Shown here: positions 27,642 through 35,989 of the stretch, in pieces
Position numbering within the stretch: the stretch's first letter is position 1
How the letters are laid out: each line of letters begins with the position of its first letter
Assembly (NCBI GenBank): GCA_046329885.1
Contig: JAXLTU010000009.1
Span: forward strand, 1,703 to 65,702
Origin: Bacteroidales bacterium
GTDB taxonomy: Bacteria > Bacteroidota > Bacteroidia > Bacteroidales > VadinHA17
DNA length: 64,000 nt
Direction of reading: 5' to 3'
Notes under the pieces: model-generated
The model's database searches: none
What the model saw: the letters and a program-made list of their open reading frames with translations, nothing else
Told to the model about the DNA's origin: nothing
Program-made: the position numbers and the translations under genes

Positions 27642-30602
27642 ATGGGCACATACCAAGAAAGAATCATGTCATTTAAATCCCTACCTTTAATAAAATCTAA
27701 ACTTAGGGAAATTACGTTGAGGCAGGAGTCTCTCGAGAAAATTAGGACTACCATTTCGGAGGATAATTTTGAAACTTTAAATAATAGTTATCTTACTCAG
27801 ATTAAAGAACTCACCGTAAAAAGAGATGAATTGCAAGCTGGTGCTGATTTATTAAAGAATGAGATCGAGCTAGAGTCTAAAATGCTCAAAAGCGAAATTT
27901 CTATCGTAAGCAAAGAAATTCAAGAAAATCAATTGTTATTTGAAAACAAGATTCTGAGTAAACAAAATTTTAAGAATAAGCTCATTATTCTTAAAAAAAG
28001 AGTAAAAAAAGATGAAAAGGCACTAAACCAGATTTTAGTATCATTGAAAGAATTGGATTATTATGCAACATCTATCGGTAATGAAACATATCAAAAAAAT
28101 ATTTATAATGAGAGGATTGAATCAATCAGAACTGGTTCCTCAAGAATACATTTTGGATTTGGAAAACTCTTGAAACCTAAGGTTCTGATTCCAGTCATCA
28201 TTTTAATTATCTTGATAGTTTCTTCAATTTTCTTTCATAGACCTTTTAAAGGAATAATTGAAGAAGAAATAGCATGGCATAAGACCTTAAAACAAAACAC
28301 TTACGAAGCTTATGACCTATATCTTTTATCTTATATTGATGGAAGACATAGATTTGTGGCAGATAAGAATAAGGAGGAAGCTCTTCGTACATTAGTTAAT
28401 TTAAAGAAGACTCCGAATCTAGTAAATCAATATTTAGATACTTACCCTAAAGGAAAATTTATTAATGAGGTCCAGCGAATAAAAGATTCTATAGCTTTGG
28501 TATGCTCTCATATTACTGATAATATGCAACACGAAATTCCGCAATCATTGAATAATTCAAACGAGAATTCTAATGACAAATCTGAATCCACAGAATTGAC
28601 CAATTCACCAAAAAATAATGAGCAATTAACCAATCCGGCTAAAGAATCGCCAAAACTTCAAGAAGGCTTAATAAACTATTGGGATTTTGATTTTTATGCA
28701 GAAAACAAGAAAACAATACCTTTTCATGTAGGAAATAAAGAGGCAGTTGTAAATGAAGTTTCATTAACAAAGGATTCAAAAAACGGTAACGCCATTGATT
28801 TTAATGGTAAATCATCTTTAGTATCAATACCACATAATTCATCATTTAATACTCAAACCTTTACAATAAGTTTCTGGGCAAAATCAATTAGTAGATACAG
28901 ACAAGTTCCTATTAGTAAGTGGTGGAATGGTACAACTAGGCAATGGGAAGTTATTTTTAATGATGATAATAAACTTGGTAATATAAGATTCTTTATCGGA
29001 TATAATGGGTCATTCCAAGCAGTCGATTTCACAACATCTCAAATATATGATGGCTATTGGCATTTGTATAATTTTACAATGGACAATGGCCTAATAAAAA
29101 TCTGGATAGATGGTGAAGAAAAAGCTAGTAGAAATACAGGATACAAAATGTTGTATAATGATCGACCTATCTATATTGGTCAAGACAGTTATTTTGGAGA
29201 GACAAATTATCTTCCGTATAATGGGATAATAGACGAAGTTGCCATTTGGGAAAGAACTCTATCATCTGGTGATATTCAAAATCTTTATAATGAAAAGAGT
29301 ATCTTACCTTCAACAGTAGGAAGTTTTAATCGCGAAAAAAGTACCTTGAAAAAATTTATTCTTGATGAATCTTATGATCTAAATGATAATCAAGTACCTA
29401 ACGAATGGGAATTGATAGTTCCTTCACAAGAAGTCATTTTTGAAAATGGCAAATTGTTTGCTAATCCAGTTGATGCATACGGATTCTTAAGACGAATGAT
29501 TTCTATTCCAAACAATATAGGAAACGCTAGATTTGAATGGGATGGAAATTTAGCCAAAACAAAATGGGGTATGACAAATAGATTCCAAATAAATTTTAAT
29601 AATAACATGTACATAGCGGTATATTTACAAACTGCAACAGCATGGGGTATCAATAATAATAAATTACTTTTCAAACATGATTCCGGGAATGGCGAACAAA
29701 ATTCTGAGGAGTGGAAAGTTCCTCTTAAATATGGCGAATTTCATTATGAAATAAATGTTAATAGACGCCAAATTAAATTTACTAGTTATGACAAGGAAAC
29801 TAATGCAATCTATGTGGATCAAATCATAAACATTCCATCAACTATTTCATTTAGTCTTCAACAAATTACAAGTGTTGATTTTGGCGTTAATTGTACAACT
29901 GAAAACAGTAATTGGCTAGATAATATATCTATCAAATTAATTGATAGTCAGACAAATACTCAATCTCTGAATAAAAAAATTACACAAAATAATTCTGAAG
30001 TAGATCAAGTATATACAATAATTGATGGGTATAGATATAAAACGATTAAAATTGGAGATCAAATATGGATGGCCGAAAATTTAAAAACCACCAAATACAA
30101 CGATGGCACCGCTATTCCTTTGGTTACTAATAATACTGCATGGAGCAATCTTACAACCCCTGGATATTGCTGGTACAATAATGATGCAGTAACATATAAA
30201 AACACTTATGGTGCATTGTACAACTGGTACACCATAAATACAGGTAAACTATGCCCTGCCGGATGGCATGTTCCAAGCGATGCCGAGTGGACAACGTTAT
30301 TAACCTACCTGGGCGGTAAAGATGTTGCCGGTGGCAAACTAAAGGAAATCGGCACCACACATTGGACAAGCTCAAACACTGGTGCAACTAATGAAACCGG
30401 TTTTACAGCCCTTCCGGGGGGCGCCCGTGAGGGAAATGGGGATTTCGAAGGCATTGGAAGCGGCGGTTGTTGGTGGAGTACTACAGAGTACTATACAAAT
30501 TACGTCTGGTACCGGGACATGAATTCCGATAACAGCAATGTAGGCCGGGATGGTAACGACGGTAAACCCTATGGGTTATCAGTTCGTTGCTTAAAGGATT
30601 AA
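27642..30602 (+). CDS. 986-aa membrane protein: cytoplasmic coiled coil + TM + LamG/concanavalin-like + C-terminal FISH (TIGR02145-type) domain
   Basis: TM VLIPVIILIILIVSSIFF. LamG-type NAIDFNGKSSLVSIPH..FTISFWAK..WHLYNFT..IWIDGEE..GIIDEVAIWERTLS. FISH motifs WMAENL, YGALYNWY, KLCPAGWHVPSDAEW, GFTALPGG, WWSTT, GLSVRCLKD. Confidence 0.8.
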   Translation: MGTYQERIMSFKSLPLIKSKLREITLRQESLEKIRTTISEDNFETLNNSYLTQIKELTVKRDELQAGADLLKNEIELESKMLKSEISIVSKEIQENQLLFENKILSKQNFKNKLIILKKRVKKDEKALNQILVSLKELDYYATSIGNETYQKNIYNERIESIRTGSSRIHFGFGKLLKPKVLIPVIILIILIVSSIFFHRPFKGIIEEEIAWHKTLKQNTYEAYDLYLLSYIDGRHRFVADKNKEEALRTLVNLKKTPNLVNQYLDTYPKGKFINEVQRIKDSIALVCSHITDNMQHEIPQSLNNSNENSNDKSESTELTNSPKNNEQLTNPAKESPKLQEGLINYWDFDFYAENKKTIPFHVGNKEAVVNEVSLTKDSKNGNAIDFNGKSSLVSIPHNSSFNTQTFTISFWAKSISRYRQVPISKWWNGTTRQWEVIFNDDNKLGNIRFFIGYNGSFQAVDFTTSQIYDGYWHLYNFTMDNGLIKIWIDGEEKASRNTGYKMLYNDRPIYIGQDSYFGETNYLPYNGIIDEVAIWERTLSSGDIQNLYNEKSILPSTVGSFNREKSTLKKFILDESYDLNDNQVPNEWELIVPSQEVIFENGKLFANPVDAYGFLRRMISIPNNIGNARFEWDGNLAKTKWGMTNRFQINFNNNMYIAVYLQTATAWGINNNKLLFKHDSGNGEQNSEEWKVPLKYGEFHYEINVNRRQIKFTSYDKETNAIYVDQIINIPSTISFSLQQITSVDFGVNCTTENSNWLDNISIKLIDSQTNTQSLNKKITQNNSEVDQVYTIIDGYRYKTIKIGDQIWMAENLKTTKYNDGTAIPLVTNNTAWSNLTTPGYCWYNNDAVTYKNTYGALYNWYTINTGKLCPAGWHVPSDAEWTTLLTYLGGKDVAGGKLKEIGTTHWTSSNTGATNETGFTALPGGAREGNGDFEGIGSGGCWWSTTEYYTNYVWYRDMNSDNSNVGRDGNDGKPYGLSVRCLKD

Positions 30603-30744
30603 TTTATTTGACTATTTTGTATTTGATTATTATCAGATAATATGTCCTTAATATCACCATAATTACAGAAACCTAAATGTCAATAATTAGAGAAAAATAA
30701 GAATATCTTAACTCATTAATTATATACATCTAAACAATATAAAA

Positions 30745-31845
30745 ATGAATTCAATTCAAGAACAAATCAAGAAATTTCGGGAATTACCAGTTTTAAAGTC
30801 AAAACTGGATGATTTATTTTTACGTAAAGAATCGATCCAAAAGATCAAGTCGACTATTTCTGAAGAAAATTACAAATCCCTTAATGAGAATTATCTAAAA
30901 CAAATTCAAGAGTTTACAAATAGACTTGATTTATTGCAATCAGAAATTAATTCACTTAAAAATGAAATTATTTTGGATTCTAAATTGCTATCAAGCGAAG
31001 TATCAATTACTGAAAAAGAGCTTCAAGAAACGCAGTTTCTCTATGATAGAAATGCCTTAAGTAAAGCTGATTACAATAATAAACGAAACTCACTCCAGAA
31101 AAAGATTAATACTAATAGAAGTCTGATTGAAAATAACCGATCCAAAATAAAGAAGCTTGATTTTTATAATTCACATGTTGGAACCGATTCCGGTATAAAG
31201 GACGCTTATAAACAAAATGGGGCATTTATCTTTTCTGGAGTATATAATTTCATAAGTTCAATTAAATCCTTATCATTCAATCCTAAAAATTTAATCATAA
31301 TTGGAGTGATAATGGTTTTAATAGTATTCTTTTTATTTTTCATGAATTCAAAAAGTGCTCAATATTCTTCTATCCTGCCAGATTCTTATTCTAAACTTAA
31401 ACTTGGAATGACATTAGATAAATTTCACTCAAAATATTCAGAGAGAGATTATAAAGAGGATTATAATCGTGATGGATCCTTAAGTATCAGTTTCAAGCTC
31501 AACAAAGCCACAGACTATAAGTATCTTAATAGCTGGGAATTGGAATTTAAGAAAGAACGCCTATATTCTATTGTGGGAATATGTACGTATACATCAGAAA
31601 GGGAAGAATTGTGTAATATGGCCAATGAAATTGATAAACTAGTTAAGAAAATGAAATATGATTCTATTAATCAAGACAAAACATATGATGACTTTCCTAA
31701 TTGCATTGCATATAAGCAATACTATTTAAAATTAAAGACTAAAGGTATGCCGTATTATTATTCAATTGATATTATTAATGACCTTAATGCTAGGAGGTGG
31801 GGCAGGGATTCGTTTAAAGTATTAATCCAAACCGAACAAAAATGA
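30745..31845 (+). CDS. 366-aa membrane protein, N-terminal paralogue of 27642..30602
   Basis: The first ~145 aa align without gaps to the N-terminus of the 986-aa protein (F+.LP+.KSKL..+.LR+ES++KI+.TISE+N+..LN..YL.QI+E.T). TM LIIIGVIMVLIVFFLFF, then an unrelated ~150-aa ectodomain. Confidence 0.75.
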   Translation: MNSIQEQIKKFRELPVLKSKLDDLFLRKESIQKIKSTISEENYKSLNENYLKQIQEFTNRLDLLQSEINSLKNEIILDSKLLSSEVSITEKELQETQFLYDRNALSKADYNNKRNSLQKKINTNRSLIENNRSKIKKLDFYNSHVGTDSGIKDAYKQNGAFIFSGVYNFISSIKSLSFNPKNLIIIGVIMVLIVFFLFFMNSKSAQYSSILPDSYSKLKLGMTLDKFHSKYSERDYKEDYNRDGSLSISFKLNKATDYKYLNSWELEFKKERLYSIVGICTYTSEREELCNMANEIDKLVKKMKYDSINQDKTYDDFPNCIAYKQYYLKLKTKGMPYYYSIDIINDLNARRWGRDSFKVLIQTEQK

Positions 31846-31897
31846 TAAAGAGTCTTAATGTGTAGTTCATTATTCTAACATAAATTATTTTAATAAA

Positions 31898-32305
31898 ATG
31901 ACCTCATTCCTAAAAAGATTATTAAACAGCAGAAAATTAATTATCCCAATTTGTTTTACAATTTTACTTTTTCAGGTAGGTTGTAGCACGAAATCTGAAG
32001 AGGATATTAAAGAATTAAAAAAATCTTTTAATAGTACTTTAAGTGATGCTTGCAAGATTATTCAAAACGGGAAACTTAGTAGTAATCAGAAAATAAATCA
32101 AATTAATATCAAGCAAGTACAGATAGATAGCTTATCAAAAATATGGGATTGTAAAATTGAAAGTTCTATAACAAATCTCTCAGAAAAAGAAATAAATAAT
32201 ATTGAAAATGAGAATAGATTGATGAGCGAGAAACTAATAAGAACGATCCTTAAGGAAATGCCAGAGTATAAAGACCTTCTAAGAGAAAATTTATTTAACA
32301 AATAA
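31898..32305 (+). CDS. small lipoprotein (hypothetical)
   Basis: Lipobox LLFQVGC; 135 aa. Confidence 0.6.
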   Translation: MTSFLKRLLNSRKLIIPICFTILLFQVGCSTKSEEDIKELKKSFNSTLSDACKIIQNGKLSSNQKINQINIKQVQIDSLSKIWDCKIESSITNLSEKEINNIENENRLMSEKLIRTILKEMPEYKDLLRENLFNK

Positions 32306-32306
32306 T

Positions 32307-33974
32307 ATGAAAAAGCTGATTTTTTCAATCATATGGTTAGTAGTTTTTAATGTAATTTCTCAATTGACTTTGTTTTCACAATCAGGCGATAATAATTTAG
32401 AAAATAATTTGAGGGTTTCATATATTGATCCTGTTTCTTTAGCTAATGAATATATTAATGGAGAAAAGTGGAGTTTCTATTGGCAACCTGCTACCAAAAC
32501 AATGGTGAATTTGCTCTATAATGTCGGATTTTCAGCAGCCAGGTATGGAGGCAGGTACATAATCTTAGAATCACCCAGTCTAGCTATAGATATGGTTAAA
32601 GGAGGAGCTTATGTTCTTTCTGATATGACATATGATGGTTTTTTAGAAATTATCAAACAAGCCATAAAAACGCCAGGTAAACTATGTGTAAATATAGCCC
32701 AATCGACAAAAAGAGAAGGGGTCAAGGCTTATAATATAGCATATGATATTGCACAAAAGCAAAAAGAAACAGGCATAGTAACTAATGAAGAGGCTGTTTT
32801 GTTCTTAAGAAGTATGTGGAATTCATTGAAATGTGCTGTGGCACGAACACTTTATATTGATAGTCAAGAAGAATATAATATTGATGAGCTTGCTGCGGAA
32901 AAAGCTGTTGATGAGATCATTGGACAATTAGAACCAGCCATAAGAGCAAAACTTGACATTAATAACCAACTACCATTGATTGACGCCGCTAAATTTATAC
33001 ATGACATTTTTGAAATATTGGAAAACAAGAAAGTTGGATTGGCTGCTTATCCACCATATATTGATTATATGAAGAATATCAGTGAATTAAATAACTTATG
33101 GTTAAATACTTTAGAAAGAATTGGAGGTAATACTATAATTGAATCAAAAGATAAATATAATTATATAATCATTCCTGGCAAAAGCGTTGGTCCAATAAAT
33201 TATTCTACCACTTTAGGGGATTTGATATCGTTTTATGGTAGAGAGAATGTTGATACCAAAACGGAATATACTGCTGGTGAAGGAACAGAATTAGAAACAT
33301 TAACATATATTAAAAACAGAGGACTGACAATCAGATGGAAAGATCAGGTAACACAAGATCCTATTCATCCAAGATTTGTTTCTATAAAAAGTTATCCTTC
33401 GAATTATCATACAGCAGAAGGAATAACAATTGGAACATCTGCCCAGGAATTGGGAATTATTAACGGAGGGCCGTTTGATTACAAAGATATTGAAATCGAA
33501 CCCTTTAAAATGGTAACTGATTGGAAAGGAGGAAAGTTAGAGAAATATGGAAGTGAGGTGCGTAATTCATGGTTAATCAAACTGGATAATTATTCCGATA
33601 TGAGAACTGTTGAATTAGTAATTGATATAAACGAAGATTTGAAAAGTACTTCATCAGAAAAACTAGATTCCCAAGTTGGTGAATCACTAAAAATTATTAA
33701 TCCTAAAGGTGGTGAATCTTGGCAAAAAGGACAAAAGGTGCTAATCAACTGGGAAGCAAATGAGGCACCTGGCGAATTGCATATTTTACTTAGAAGTCCT
33801 GATGAATACAAACTATTGATGATCTTCAGTGTCATTAAATCAGGAAGTACATGGGTCAATATTCCTTATACTATTAAAAATGGTTCAAATTGGCATTTAC
33901 AGTTTATTGTTAAAAATGCGAATGGTGAAGCACTGGTTCAATCCGAAAGATTTTCCATTGGGGGTGATAATTAG
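32307..33974 (+). CDS. secreted protein (hypothetical)
   Basis: Signal peptide MKKLIFSIIWLVVFNVISQLTLFSQ. Starts 1 nt after the previous stop. No family recognised. Confidence 0.7.
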   Translation: MKKLIFSIIWLVVFNVISQLTLFSQSGDNNLENNLRVSYIDPVSLANEYINGEKWSFYWQPATKTMVNLLYNVGFSAARYGGRYIILESPSLAIDMVKGGAYVLSDMTYDGFLEIIKQAIKTPGKLCVNIAQSTKREGVKAYNIAYDIAQKQKETGIVTNEEAVLFLRSMWNSLKCAVARTLYIDSQEEYNIDELAAEKAVDEIIGQLEPAIRAKLDINNQLPLIDAAKFIHDIFEILENKKVGLAAYPPYIDYMKNISELNNLWLNTLERIGGNTIIESKDKYNYIIIPGKSVGPINYSTTLGDLISFYGRENVDTKTEYTAGEGTELETLTYIKNRGLTIRWKDQVTQDPIHPRFVSIKSYPSNYHTAEGITIGTSAQELGIINGGPFDYKDIEIEPFKMVTDWKGGKLEKYGSEVRNSWLIKLDNYSDMRTVELVIDINEDLKSTSSEKLDSQVGESLKIINPKGGESWQKGQKVLINWEANEAPGELHILLRSPDEYKLLMIFSVIKSGSTWVNIPYTIKNGSNWHLQFIVKNANGEALVQSERFSIGGDN

Positions 33975-34158
33975 ATTTTATTAAATATTTTTTTGATTAC
34001 CAATTACAACAAAAATCTTTTAGCAAGTTTATCGGTGTTAACTGGTCACTATTAAAAACAAGGTCATCGGAAGTATTTATATTGCCATTACAACTTCAAA
34101 ATAATAGGTGCCATATTATAAAGGGAATCGATATTACGTATGACTCCATCTCAAACAC

Positions 34159-34354
34159 CATCCCGTCGCTATAAGGCACATTACGCAATTATTAAATTCT
34201 GTACACAAGTTGAAGATTGAGTTTGCATAAAGAGCCTTCCAGCCCCTCCCTGCCAACCATAGAATTAGGCTGCTAAAGCAGAAGACTTAATTACAACATG
34301 TCAACTCCCAAATTTGCCATGCAGCTATCTCCCTGGCAAATGTAATAAGCTATT
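34159..34354. repeat. island-boundary repeat, copy 2
   Basis: Colinear with 42657..42858. Core TAAAGAGCCTTCCAGCCCCTCCCTGCCA begins at 34228, a 27/28 match to 42732... Confidence 0.8.
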
Positions 34355-34411
34355 ATAATAGATGTCGGAAATCGAATAATTGAAATTTCTATAAATGAAG
34401 AGGAAGATTTA

Positions 34412-34951
34412 ATGCCAATTCGTAATCATTGTGTAAGCACAAAAGATTGGAATATTGCATTTATAAACTTTAAGCAAAAAGAAGACATTGGAGATCACTG
34501 TAATGGTAACTGTTCCTGTAAATTTGATTTCTTTATTGTTGAACAGAATGGCCGATGTTTGCTTCAGTCAAGGAACTTATCTCAAGTCAATAAATATTTA
34601 AAGTCAAATAAACTTTTAATACATAAGGATATTTCAAAAATATGGAATTACCCAGCAGCAAAATACAAATACTTAGTTGCAAAATTTCGAAATATTGATC
34701 AGCGAGTTAAGAATTGCTTCATCTGTAGATATCATGCAATAAATGAAAATTTAGAGGAGGAAAGATCTCCAATATTTTGTAAATTTTTAAAAGTTACAGG
34801 CAATTCTAATCTTGCAGTTGATTGTAAATATTTTAGAGCTGAAAAAAAATACATCGATGAGTATGTGGAAGAAGGTGAAGCTATAATCAAACATTTAAAT
34901 CAAAGGATTCCTGACAATGTGGGGAATTTGGACGAAGAAAATTTTGAATAA
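34412..34951 (+). CDS. Cys-rich hypothetical protein
   Basis: 179 aa with clustered Cys/His (HCNGNCSC, CFICRYH, FCKF, DCKYF). First ORF after repeat copy 2. No family recognised. Confidence 0.5.
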   Translation: MPIRNHCVSTKDWNIAFINFKQKEDIGDHCNGNCSCKFDFFIVEQNGRCLLQSRNLSQVNKYLKSNKLLIHKDISKIWNYPAAKYKYLVAKFRNIDQRVKNCFICRYHAINENLEEERSPIFCKFLKVTGNSNLAVDCKYFRAEKKYIDEYVEEGEAIIKHLNQRIPDNVGNLDEENFE

Positions 34952-35064
34952 AAACGGTAGTTAACACGGACTGTATAATTAATGAGCTCCTTACGGTTTT
35001 TGCGGATACTGAACCCATATATAAGGGCCTGATTATTATTAATTCACATATATTTTCTACAAGT

Positions 35065-35913
35065 ATGGAAAATTTAACTTTTACTGCTTTTGACACCGAG
35101 ACTGCAACAAATAAAAGTACAAGCCTATGCCAGATTGGGTATGTAGTTGTAACCGAAGGACAAATTACCACCGAAAAATTATTTCTGATTCAGCCACCTA
35201 ATAATGAATATGATGCCCGCCATTCATGCATCCATGGAATTGATGCCTTAACAACATGGGACAAACCGCTATTCCCGGAGGTATGGGAAATTATTAAAAA
35301 TGAATTTATCGGTGCACTCCTAGTTGCTCACAATATTAGTTTTGATCTTAATATACTACATTCCACTCTGGACTTTTACAACCTTCCTAAACCGCACTTC
35401 TCCTTTGATTGTACCTACAAATTAACAGGATTAAAGCTTAAAGCACTAGCAGAAGCATTTCAAATACCTATAATAAAACAGCATGATGCGTTATCTGATG
35501 CAAAAATATGCGCACTGGCTTATATGCTTATAAAACAAGGGATTAATCCAAATAATAATTTAATAAATGAAATAGTGAGTACAGATGCCTTTGCTGGTCA
35601 TGAAAGATTAGTGGGAGATATTTTAAAACCAGATTTGAAAGTAGAAAATAATTCCACTCCATTCTATGCAAAAAAAGTGGTATTCACCGGGGTTCTTCAA
35701 ACCATTACAAGAGAGGATGCCGCAATATTAGTTAAGAATTTAGGAGCCGACATAGACACTGGAGTTAATAAGAAAACTGATTATGTTATAGTTGGAACTG
35801 GGGCAGGTCCTTCAAAACTTAAAAAAATACAAGACTTTAACGCTGCTGGCTCTAATATAAAAATCATAAATGAAACTGATTTTCTCAACATTATAAATAA
35901 AAGCAATAAATAA
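35065..35913 (+). CDS. DEDDh 3'-5' exonuclease (DnaQ/epsilon-like) fused to a C-terminal BRCT-like domain
   Basis: ExoI FTAFDTETA, ExoII LVAHNISFDLNIL, ExoIII HDALSDAKI. C-terminus KKVVFTGVLQTITREDAAILVKNLGADIDTGVNKKTDYVIVG is a BRCT pattern as in NAD-ligase tails. Confidence 0.8.
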   Translation: MENLTFTAFDTETATNKSTSLCQIGYVVVTEGQITTEKLFLIQPPNNEYDARHSCIHGIDALTTWDKPLFPEVWEIIKNEFIGALLVAHNISFDLNILHSTLDFYNLPKPHFSFDCTYKLTGLKLKALAEAFQIPIIKQHDALSDAKICALAYMLIKQGINPNNNLINEIVSTDAFAGHERLVGDILKPDLKVENNSTPFYAKKVVFTGVLQTITREDAAILVKNLGADIDTGVNKKTDYVIVGTGAGPSKLKKIQDFNAAGSNIKIINETDFLNIINKSNK

Positions 35914-35989
35914 TATCAGTGTAAATGCTAATATTTAAAATTAAGAACGGAATATTGGTAGTTTGTAATTCAGAAAACACAATATAGAA

